32,000 nt of DNA from Promethearchaeota archaeon. GTDB taxonomy: Archaea; Asgardarchaeota; Lokiarchaeia; Sigyniarchaeales; Promethearchaeaceae. A program made the translations under genes and the position numbers. The DNA is taken from assembly GCA_016933055.1 (NCBI GenBank), contig JAFGBS010000008.1, positions 90,001 to 122,000 on the forward strand, in the 5' to 3' direction. Each line of letters starts with the position of its first letter. The stretch's first letter is position 1. Under the pieces are notes generated by a model. The model searched no databases. It saw only the letters and a list, made by a program, of their open reading frames with translations, and was not told the DNA's origin. Shown in pieces: positions 9,590 to 17,786 of this stretch.

Positions 9590-10054
9590 ATGAAAATAGG
9601 TAGGTTATTAGCTTTAATTGGAACAATTCTATCAATAATAGGCACGTTCTTATTCACATTGTATTCATATATTAATCCTGTTTATGGCGTTGGTGGAATA
9701 ATTAGTCTCGCTTCAGCGTTTAGTCTTGCAACTAGTTGGATCGATTTTGTATTAATTATCGTGTTCATCATCTTTATCTTAGCATGTATAGTACAGTTAA
9801 TCGGTATCCCTAATAGTATATCGGCAATAATAGGGGGGGGAATAACTCTGATTTTTTGCGTATTTATATTTCTGGGAGTCTTCGGACTAATTCCTGGATT
9901 TACAAATGGAATTGGATTTCTATTAGACCATACCGAGTGGATTCCGGGGGTGATTCCGGTAACTGTGGAACTTCTGGGTGTTGGGTTAGGGACCTATATT
10001 GCCACAGTAGGTGGAATCATATCCCTTGTGAGTGGCTTTTTCCCACGAGAATAG
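9590..10054 (+). CDS. Unknown four-TM membrane protein, tandem paralog B (about 154 aa)
   Basis: ATG 9590 follows GAGGT at 9578-9582. GRLLALIG...IGTF start and LGTY...VSGFFPRE end. Confidence 0.8.
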   Translation: MKIGRLLALIGTILSIIGTFLFTLYSYINPVYGVGGIISLASAFSLATSWIDFVLIIVFIIFILACIVQLIGIPNSISAIIGGGITLIFCVFIFLGVFGLIPGFTNGIGFLLDHTEWIPGVIPVTVELLGVGLGTYIATVGGIISLVSGFFPRE

Positions 10055-10178
10055 TATAACACTCTTTTTTATCATTTCTTTAATTATTTTAAGTTTTTTT
10101 AATTTCTATGGATATATTTTTAGGAATATTGCACTATTTGAATTATATCATTTTTCACCATCATAACAGGTGTATATT

Positions 10179-10685
10179 ATGGATACTGGTAAATTTTTAG
10201 CGCTTTTGGGGGGTATAATAACATTTGCGGGAACTTGGTGGCTAACATTATTTGCAGTGAGTGCTACAGAGTTTGCTTATGCTGTTGGAGGAATTATGCA
10301 GTATAGTAATATAATTGCGAACGCCGCGTCTAATGCCTTAGGTGTAGATCCTTGGGTCATCTATTTGCTTGTTGTTTTTTATTCCATTTATTTGATCTCA
10401 TTCATCTTTCAATTGTTAGGAGGAAAAAGTAGAATATCGGCATTTATTGGTTCTATCCTTCCCTTAGCTGTTGGTGTAATGATTATGGTTTACTCCTTAT
10501 TTGGTTCTTTTAGTATCATTATGCCGATAATGGGCACATTTTCAGGTGACGCAGTAATTGAGGGATGGTTTCCCTTTAATTACGTAATTGGTTCACAAAT
10601 CGAGGCTATTGGGACCTATGCTATTATATTTGGTTCACTTTTAGCTTTCATTAGTGCATTTATTCCAAGAAAAGATCAGTACTAA
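10179..10685 (+). CDS. Unknown four-TM membrane protein, tandem paralog C (about 168 aa)
   Basis: ATG 10179 follows AGGTG at 10168-10172. GKFLALLGG...AGTW start and IGTY...ISAFIPRK end. Confidence 0.8.
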   Translation: MDTGKFLALLGGIITFAGTWWLTLFAVSATEFAYAVGGIMQYSNIIANAASNALGVDPWVIYLLVVFYSIYLISFIFQLLGGKSRISAFIGSILPLAVGVMIMVYSLFGSFSIIMPIMGTFSGDAVIEGWFPFNYVIGSQIEAIGTYAIIFGSLLAFISAFIPRKDQY

Positions 10686-10688
10686 AAA

Positions 10689-11069
10689 TCAAATCTTTCT
10701 TTTTCGAAAGGTCCTTTTTTTTTGAACATCACTTACTTGTTCGATAAGTAGATTAAGATCTTCTTTCATGTTAGCAAGTGTACTTATAGGAACAAAGCGT
10801 AATCTTGTTCCGCTCCCTTTTAATAAATTGCTGGGATCCATTAGACGTGTGCCTTCAAAAAAAAATAGTTTGATATGATCATATTCGGGTTTTATTGCAA
10901 TAATTGATCGGGGAATTCCGTAGGTTATCCACTTCATGCCAATATGCACCTTTTCCTGAGCGTTCGGAATGATTTTCAATATCATCACTCGTAAACTCAA
11001 AGCAATTTTTCGAATTTTTTCTGGGAATTTTTCCAAATATTTCCCAAATGTTTGATCTTGCGACACCAC
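10689..11069 (-). CDS. DUF1801 (YdhG-like) domain protein
   Basis: Size and pattern fit DUF1801: YLEKFPEKIRKIALSLRVMILKIIPNAQEKV, HIKLFF, DPSNLLKGSG..LR. Confidence 0.75.
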   Translation of the reverse strand: MVSQDQTFGKYLEKFPEKIRKIALSLRVMILKIIPNAQEKVHIGMKWITYGIPRSIIAIKPEYDHIKLFFFEGTRLMDPSNLLKGSGTRLRFVPISTLANMKEDLNLLIEQVSDVQKKRTFRKRKI

Positions 11070-11098
11070 GGACTTTCCCTTAACTATATATTAACAAA

Positions 11099-12310
11099 TT
11101 AATTTCGATTGCTTATAGCATTTAATGAATCGGATGCTATTCTTAAATTCTGCATTGCTTTTTGAACTATACTTCTTGGTAAACCGATACTCAATCTTTG
11201 AAAACCAAATCCTTCATCTCCATAGAATTGACCATCAACTGAAATTAAATTTGCTTGGTCCAACAGGAAAGAAAATATTTTATCATGAGGAATACCAATT
11301 TCACGAAAATCTAACCAGATTGTTGGCGTTCCCTCTCGTTTAATTACTTTTATTTTCAAATCATTTTGAATGATATAGTTTTCGATGTATGAATAATTTT
11401 CATCTAAATATTGAGTAAGAAGATTTGCATATTCTTCACATTCAGTATATGCAACCATTAGTGCGGTAATAGCAAATACATTAGGTGCATAAACGAATTT
11501 TTTATCAATTATTGGATAAAATCTATTACGGATTTCAGGATTGGTTATATGATAATTAGATATTTTTAATCCTGATAAATTGAATGTTTTTGAGGGGGAT
11601 GTTAAAGTTATCGTTATATTCGAGATGTCTTCAGAGATCGATGTAATAGGCACATAAGCATGATCTTTTGCAGTCAAATCACTGTGAATATCGTCAGATA
11701 CTATAAGAGTATTATGCGAGACACATAAATCTCCCAATTTTCGTAATTCTCGTTCATTCCATACTCTTCCTACAGGATTATGAGGATTACATAATGCTAA
11801 CATTTTTATTTTTTTTTTTTCGAAGATGCGTTCTAATAAATCAAAATTAATTAAGTATTTATCATTTTCAAGGAATAGGGGAACTCTTACAACTTTCCTT
11901 CCATATTCTTCTACGCCTTCAATAAATGGCCGATAAATGGGAGTTAATATGAGGACGTTGTCTTTTGGGATGGTAAAATGATTTATAATTGTTCGATAAC
12001 TGCTGATTATACCCGTACCAAATTGTAAATCCTCCCTTTTATAGGAGATACTGTGTCGTTTATTAAACCAGTCAACTATGCAGTTATAATATTCATCTTT
12101 CACTAATGTGTAACCATAAATCCCATGAGATGCACGTCTCTTAATTGCGTTTATGACAGGTTTAGGGCATTCAAAATCCATTTCAGCGTGATTGAAAGGG
12201 AGAAGGTCGGTTCGGTTAAATCTCTCTTTCATGTAGTCGGGATCCCATTTTAAAGACCAAGTTTGGGTTCGATCAATAATTTTATCGAACTGGGATATAC
12301 TAAATGCCAT
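11099..12310 (-). CDS. MalY/PatB-family PLP-dependent enzyme (cystathionine beta-lyase-like)
   Basis: DRxxTxSLKWD, AEMDF, HGIYGY, LCNPHNPVGRVW, SDDIHSDL and the PLP-lysine motif SPSKTFNLSGL. Confidence 0.88.
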   Translation of the reverse strand: MAFSISQFDKIIDRTQTWSLKWDPDYMKERFNRTDLLPFNHAEMDFECPKPVINAIKRRASHGIYGYTLVKDEYYNCIVDWFNKRHSISYKREDLQFGTGIISSYRTIINHFTIPKDNVLILTPIYRPFIEGVEEYGRKVVRVPLFLENDKYLINFDLLERIFEKKKIKMLALCNPHNPVGRVWNERELRKLGDLCVSHNTLIVSDDIHSDLTAKDHAYVPITSISEDISNITITLTSPSKTFNLSGLKISNYHITNPEIRNRFYPIIDKKFVYAPNVFAITALMVAYTECEEYANLLTQYLDENYSYIENYIIQNDLKIKVIKREGTPTIWLDFREIGIPHDKIFSFLLDQANLISVDGQFYGDEGFGFQRLSIGLPRSIVQKAMQNLRIASDSLNAISNRN

Positions 12311-12333
12311 AATTAAGTCAAATTTTAACTTGA

Positions 12334-12339
12334 TTTAAA
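12334..12339 (-). promoter_or_regulatory. Archaeal TATA box (TTTAAA) for the MalY/PatB gene
   Basis: 23 nt upstream of the ATG at 12310. Confidence 0.5.
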
Positions 12340-12349
12340 TATGATCTGC

Positions 12350-12357
12350 AAAAAAAA
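12350..12357 (-). terminator. Putative oligo-T terminator for fbaB
   Basis: T8 run within a longer T-rich tract on the minus strand, downstream of the stop at 12385. Confidence 0.4.
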
Positions 12358-12384
12358 GAAGAAAAAATTGAAACTTAATAAAAA

Positions 12385-13461
12385 TTATGCTAACGTAATT
12401 TCATCGCATAAATAGACATCTTGAACCGAATTGAGGATCTTGATTCCATCAGCCATTGATTTTTTGAAAGCTTTTCTACCTAGAATCAATCCCATACCAC
12501 CCGACCTCTTGTTAATAACCGCTGACATAACCGCATCATGCAAATCAGAAGAACCGGATTCTCCTCCAGAATTTATTAATCCTGCCCTTCCCATATAACA
12601 ATTCGCGACTTCATACCGATTCCAGTCAATTGGGTGTTCCGGGGCTAGTTTTTCATAAACCAATTTATCAGTTTTTGCGAAATTCAATTCCAAGAATCCA
12701 CGATTCGTGTTAGAAAGCTTTTGCTTGATTAAATCAGCTTCTATGGTTACTCCCAAATGGTTAGCCTGAGAGCATATATCATTAGCTGCATGGTAATCTT
12801 TTCCTTCTTTGATATATTCATCCTTGTTTCTAGTATAACACCACAAAATGGTGACTAATCCCAATTCATGTGCGTATTTGAAACTTTCACTGATCTCCTG
12901 AATCTGACGTCTACTCTCGGGGGAGCCGAAATAAATAGTTGCTCCCACCGCCGCCGCTCCCAAATCAAATGCTTGTTCCACCGATGCAAATAATGTTTGA
13001 TCAGAAATTTCTGGTAAAGTTAGTAGTTCATTATGATTTATTTTTACAATAAATGGTATCTTACGCGCATATCGACGGGAAATAGATCCTAACACTCCTA
13101 GCGTAGATGCAACCGCACTGCATCCCCCCTCCAATGCCAGCTTAATAATGTTTTCGGGATCAAAATATAGTGGATTAGCTGCAAAACTTGCCGAAGCGGT
13201 ATGTTCGATTCCTTGATCCACGGGTAAAATGGATATATATCCCGTGCCAGCAAGTCTTCCTCTTTGATTGAATAATCGGTGATAGTTATTAAGCACTCGG
13301 TTATTCCTATCGGTTTTTTCAAACACTCGTTCTATGAAATCTGGACCGGGAGGGTGAATTAATTCCTTAGGAATTCCTTTACAAGTGTGTTCCAGTAATT
13401 TGTCTGCGTCTGCTCCAAGCAGTTTTTTTATTTCTGTAAAACTCATTTTTTGTTGAGACAT
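12385..13461 (-). CDS. fbaB: Class I fructose-bisphosphate aldolase, long bacterial FbaB type
   Basis: [48 protein letters not shown], Schiff-base [25 protein letters not shown]. 358 aa. Confidence 0.95.
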   Translation of the reverse strand: MSQQKMSFTEIKKLLGADADKLLEHTCKGIPKELIHPPGPDFIERVFEKTDRNNRVLNNYHRLFNQRGRLAGTGYISILPVDQGIEHTASASFAANPLYFDPENIIKLALEGGCSAVASTLGVLGSISRRYARKIPFIVKINHNELLTLPEISDQTLFASVEQAFDLGAAAVGATIYFGSPESRRQIQEISESFKYAHELGLVTILWCYTRNKDEYIKEGKDYHAANDICSQANHLGVTIEADLIKQKLSNTNRGFLELNFAKTDKLVYEKLAPEHPIDWNRYEVANCYMGRAGLINSGGESGSSDLHDAVMSAVINKRSGGMGLILGRKAFKKSMADGIKILNSVQDVYLCDEITLA

Positions 13462-13489
13462 ACGCTCATAGTAAGGAACTTTGCATTAA

Positions 13490-14218
13490 TTAAACTTGTT
13501 GTGAAGATGTAGAATCATTTATGTATAACCCCTTCTGGTTACCGTGTTGGATTGAAATTATATATCCCCCTGCAATTAGCTTATCAATATGATATTTTAT
13601 CTTATTTCGCTGCTGAGGCATGTTCAAATTACGTGCTATTTCGCTGGCTATAATTCCTGGATTTTCTTTTATCAATTTAAATATGGATTCACGAAGAGGG
13701 AATTTTAACAAGAAATCAAAATCACTTTTATTTTCGTCACCTACCGGAAAAAATAACAAGTTCTGTCCATGACGCAATTTTTGGATAATTCCGTAATGTA
13801 ATAGGATCGTTAAATGGTGTCTAAATTGACCAGGAGATAAACAACTTTTTTTACGAAGAGCATTGTAATGGATTCCTGACTCCTCAATCACGATTTCGAT
13901 GATCAGTTTACGGTTTTCATTATCTATTACTTGGTTGTATGTTAACCTATGATTATGATAATTCAAATCATTTCGTAAATTCCGAAAATATGACACATAT
14001 TCCCTTATCTCTATAACTGAGAAAATTGCCAGGAATAATGATATCAACAAAGTTAGAATGAAGATTATGACTTGGATTTCAGTAGGGTCTGCTAATATTG
14101 GTCTTTTCCATTCAATACTAACCAATATTATCAATGTAGCTATTATAAGTATCGAAAATAACGCAATCGCCATTTTTAGGTATCGATAGATTACTTGATG
14201 ATACTCTTTAGACGCCAT
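13490..14218 (-). CDS. Membrane-anchored transcriptional regulator with two winged-HTH domains (COG3398-like)
   Basis: Two N-terminal hydrophobic helices, then two repeats: NRKLIIEIVIEESGIHYNALRKK...HHLTILLHYGII and LRESIFKLIKENPGIIASEIARNL...YHIDKLIAGGYI. Confidence 0.72.
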   Translation of the reverse strand: MASKEYHQVIYRYLKMAIALFSILIIATLIILVSIEWKRPILADPTEIQVIIFILTLLISLFLAIFSVIEIREYVSYFRNLRNDLNYHNHRLTYNQVIDNENRKLIIEIVIEESGIHYNALRKKSCLSPGQFRHHLTILLHYGIIQKLRHGQNLLFFPVGDENKSDFDFLLKFPLRESIFKLIKENPGIIASEIARNLNMPQQRNKIKYHIDKLIAGGYIISIQHGNQKGLYINDSTSSQQV

Positions 14219-14300
14219 TAATAATGATGAAAGATTTTTTTGTTATTTATAATTCTTGTGGAACAGTTTTTGTACATACTTGAGTATAATATTTATAGAA

Positions 14301-15311
14301 ATGGATTTTCAACATAGAATGATAATTGATGATCAATGTGTATATTTTTCATCTTCAGAACGAATGAATGAATTGAGCAATAATATTATTGATATAGTAA
14401 TTACATCTCCACCTTATAATCGGGGAAAGAATTATTCGGTTTCGGTAAACAGTGAAGAAGGTTATAATGATGCTTTACCAGAAAAAGATTATTTAAATTT
14501 TCTAGAACGAGTCTGGGGGGAATGTTATCGAGTTGCATCTGAAAGTGCGGTATTTTTCCTGAATATCGGTGATTCTGCAAACAATCAAGGAATTTCTGAA
14601 AAAGTGGTAAAAACTGCTGTTTCTGCTGGATGGAAACGGATTCAAGACATTGTGTGGATTAAATCAATCTATGGTCGAGGTCATTATACTCCCTCTGGCA
14701 GTATCAGACGATTCAATAATGTATGGGAACATATCTATTTATTAGTGAAAAATAAAAGAAAATATCGATTAAATACAAAAGCAGTGGGAATCCCTTATGC
14801 AGATAAATCGAACATTGGGAGGTATGGAGATACTGATTTGAGGGATCCTGGTAATGTATTTCATATTGAATATGAAAAAACGACAGGCAATACTATAAAA
14901 AAAGGTCATGATGCTCCTTTTCCAATAGGATTACCATATATTTGCATAAAAGCTGTACCGAAAGCAAATACCATACTGGACCCTTTCCTAGGAACAGGAA
15001 CAACACTAGCTGCTTCTTCATGTTTAGGAAAAAAAGGATTTGGGTATGAGTTGTATCCCCGTAAGGACTTAATTATCAATACAATACAAGCTGGAAAAAA
15101 TTACTCTCCTAAACCAGTTGTCTTAATCCCGCATTATGAAATAACTATCAAGAACTTAGTTTCGCTTATCGAGGATAGTCTATCGAAAATTTCTATAACA
15201 ACAAAAAAAGAATTCTTGGAGTATAAAATTACACTTGAATCCCTTGAAAAATTAGGTATTGATTCGCCTTTAGTTGGTACATTAACTCAATTATTAAAAC
15301 AAAATAATTAA
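14301..15311 (+). CDS. Site-specific DNA methyltransferase, beta class (N6_N4_Mtase), orphan
   Basis: Catalytic TSPPY precedes the SAM-binding DPFLGTGTT motif (beta order). Also FFLNIGD, IVWIK and HDAPFP. ATG 14301 is preferred over the track start at 14256. Confidence 0.88.
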   Translation: MDFQHRMIIDDQCVYFSSSERMNELSNNIIDIVITSPPYNRGKNYSVSVNSEEGYNDALPEKDYLNFLERVWGECYRVASESAVFFLNIGDSANNQGISEKVVKTAVSAGWKRIQDIVWIKSIYGRGHYTPSGSIRRFNNVWEHIYLLVKNKRKYRLNTKAVGIPYADKSNIGRYGDTDLRDPGNVFHIEYEKTTGNTIKKGHDAPFPIGLPYICIKAVPKANTILDPFLGTGTTLAASSCLGKKGFGYELYPRKDLIINTIQAGKNYSPKPVVLIPHYEITIKNLVSLIEDSLSKISITTKKEFLEYKITLESLEKLGIDSPLVGTLTQLLKQNN

Positions 15312-15335
15312 CAATTTTATCTGATCTTTCGAGTA

Positions 15336-16424
15336 CTATTTTTTACCGGAAGGATTATTTCGAGCATTTTCATTCAATGTAATTAACTCATTAAAAAGCT
15401 TATTTTCCTCCTCAGTTCCAAATTTCTCAATTAATATTCGGGTTTCTGGTGAGCATAAAATATCGGCGCTTTTATCAAACTGGTGAGAATATATATAGGA
15501 TAAACAGGTTTGAAGGAGAAATTGAATTGTCCAATTCTCATTCTTGCTATCTTTAGACAGGTTCAATCCTTTGGAGCTAAACGCAATAGCTTCTTGATAC
15601 TTTTGAGTTTTGATTTTTATATCAGCCATATGGTATATACTTTCCAATAAGCTTACGAAGTCATCTATTTGCTTCTGTTCAATTAAATCCACACTTTCTT
15701 GGTAATACATAAAAGCTTTTGGATCATTTTTTTTATTGAACTCGTCCCCCAGTAATTTTAAGAGGAGGATCACATTCATCGTATCTTCAAGGTTATCATA
15801 AACATTTAAAGCATTTTGATAATGGGTAATTGCTTTCTCATGCCAAGATAACTTGCTTGCACAAACACCTAATCCTTGAGAAATAGTGGCGTTTAAAACA
15901 AGATTGTTCTCGCTTTTTTCTAAATCCTTTGTTATATTTAAAGCCAGAAATAAATTCTCGTATGATTTTATATTATTTTCCAAATATAAATAGCAAGTTG
16001 CAATTTTAATGTAAATTTCAGCATTTAATGAACCAATACCCTCCCTTTTTTTGAATTCTATGGATTTTTCATAGAGGTCTATTGAATTCATATATTTTTT
16101 TTCTTGACGATAGATATCTGCAAGAATTTCTAAATCCGAGGACACTGTTGAATATTGTTTAATTTTGGTATGCAAATCAATGGCTTTCTCCAAATATTTT
16201 CTTCCTTCGGGGTAATTTCCGCATAATAAATAGGATTTCCCGACCGTCATGTGTAAATCTGCATATTGCTTTTCGTATTTTAATTCTTTGCAGATCGGAA
16301 TTGCTTTTATCGAATATTCTGCGGACAATTCATAATTTCCATTATCAAAATGTGTCCATCCTTCTTGAAGGAGTTCTTGAAGCTTTTTATCCAGATCTTC
16401 CATATTCGTGCAGGGCTCATCCAT
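15336..16424 (-). CDS. Tetratricopeptide repeat protein
   Basis: About eight helical repeats of roughly 40 aa, with patterns such as G..Y...GNY.EG.KY.EKA and LADIYRQE.KY..SI..YEKS. Confidence 0.8.
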   Translation of the reverse strand: MDEPCTNMEDLDKKLQELLQEGWTHFDNGNYELSAEYSIKAIPICKELKYEKQYADLHMTVGKSYLLCGNYPEGRKYLEKAIDLHTKIKQYSTVSSDLEILADIYRQEKKYMNSIDLYEKSIEFKKREGIGSLNAEIYIKIATCYLYLENNIKSYENLFLALNITKDLEKSENNLVLNATISQGLGVCASKLSWHEKAITHYQNALNVYDNLEDTMNVILLLKLLGDEFNKKNDPKAFMYYQESVDLIEQKQIDDFVSLLESIYHMADIKIKTQKYQEAIAFSSKGLNLSKDSKNENWTIQFLLQTCLSYIYSHQFDKSADILCSPETRILIEKFGTEEENKLFNELITLNENARNNPSGKK

Positions 16425-16460
16425 TATGTAGCATGAAAATTTTACGCATTTATGATTATG

Positions 16461-17720
16461 CTAGTGTTTCACTGGATCGTACACTTTTTGAATTTTGAAC
16501 ACTTTGGCATTTTTCGGTAGAATTTCATTAATGGGCATTAAGACAATGATATGTGTGCTAGAAGATGCTTCACCAGTGTTATGAACTGATATTCCCTCGT
16601 GAATTAACTTAATGATTTTAGTGGTAGTGTAAAATTCTTCATCATTTTGTATTATTATAGTATCTCCAATTCTTAATTCTCCTGAGGTTAGCTCAATGGT
16701 CGCAATTGAGTTCTCTATTTGATATTCCGAAACGGTTCCTACCATAATGTGTTTCCAATGTGAAGCATTACCTTTTACTTTTAGCTCGATATCTTTAGGA
16801 TCTGGGGGAGAAAAATAAAATCCTGTATGGAATCCACGATTGTACACTCTTGCAAGCCTTTTTAGCCAATTCGTTTTCTTTTCATTTGTATAAGTTCCAT
16901 CTTTCACCGATTCGATAGCCTCTCTATAGCATTGGGTAGTTTCTGAGATATATAAGGGATCTCTCATACGTCCCTCAATCTTAAATGCGAAAAGATTTGA
17001 ATCTATTAGTAGATCTATGAATTCAATCATGCAGAGATCTTTCGCACTGAAAAACCTACCCGTAAAGGGTTCATAATCCAATAATTCTCCATCTTCTCCA
17101 ACAAGACTATAAATTCTACGGCATTGATGAGCGCATTTTCCACGATTTGCACTATAAGATTGAGAAAATCCCATTAATTCTGCACTCAGATAACATCGAC
17201 CGCTTATTGCCGTACACATAGCGCCGTGTACAAAGCATTCAACGGGAATTTCGACTTCAGAGACAATTTCTTTAATCTGATCTAAATTCAATTCTCGTGA
17301 TAGATTAATTCTGGATGCCCCCATTGCTTCAAAATATTTTGCGCTGAATTGGTTAGAAATATTCATTTGCGTAGAAATATGAAATTTCAATCCCATCTCT
17401 TTTGCAATTTGCATCGATGCGAAATCATAACAAATTGCTGCATCTACACCACTACGTTTAGCCATCTCTAGAGTTTCATTCAATTTCTGAAGTTCATCAT
17501 TATAAACTACGATATTGGTACAAATGTAAAGTTTATCACCATAATCGTGGACTTTTTTGCTTAACCGGGGAAGCTCTTCCAGTAAAAAATTACCAGCACG
17601 TGCTCTCATAGAAAAATTGGTACCAAAATATATCGAATCCGCATTATCCAAAACTTTCAACTTTGGACTTAGTGTTTTCCAGTCATTTAAAGGTGCAAGT
17701 AATTCTGGTGTGCGTTGCAT
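16461..17720 (-). CDS. Peptidase U32 family Fe-S protein (TrhP/RlhA/UbiU-like)
   Basis: PELLAP, FHISTQMNISN, LSRELNL, FVHGAMCTAISGRCYLS, NRGKCAHQCR, SAKDLC, FKIEGRMR, YNRGF. Confidence 0.9.
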   Translation of the reverse strand: MQRTPELLAPLNDWKTLSPKLKVLDNADSIYFGTNFSMRARAGNFLLEELPRLSKKVHDYGDKLYICTNIVVYNDELQKLNETLEMAKRSGVDAAICYDFASMQIAKEMGLKFHISTQMNISNQFSAKYFEAMGASRINLSRELNLDQIKEIVSEVEIPVECFVHGAMCTAISGRCYLSAELMGFSQSYSANRGKCAHQCRRIYSLVGEDGELLDYEPFTGRFFSAKDLCMIEFIDLLIDSNLFAFKIEGRMRDPLYISETTQCYREAIESVKDGTYTNEKKTNWLKRLARVYNRGFHTGFYFSPPDPKDIELKVKGNASHWKHIMVGTVSEYQIENSIATIELTSGELRIGDTIIIQNDEEFYTTTKIIKLIHEGISVHNTGEASSSTHIIVLMPINEILPKNAKVFKIQKVYDPVKH

Positions 17721-17786
17721 TTTACTTTACATTTAGATTAAATAAAGATAGGTATTGTAGTTTGTGAAATAATATCGATGCATAAT

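Noticed and set aside
14301-16424. MTase plus TPR gene as a restriction-modification or anti-phage system
   Set aside because: The genes are convergent. I found no nuclease, helicase or NTPase domain, and no integrase or island boundary.
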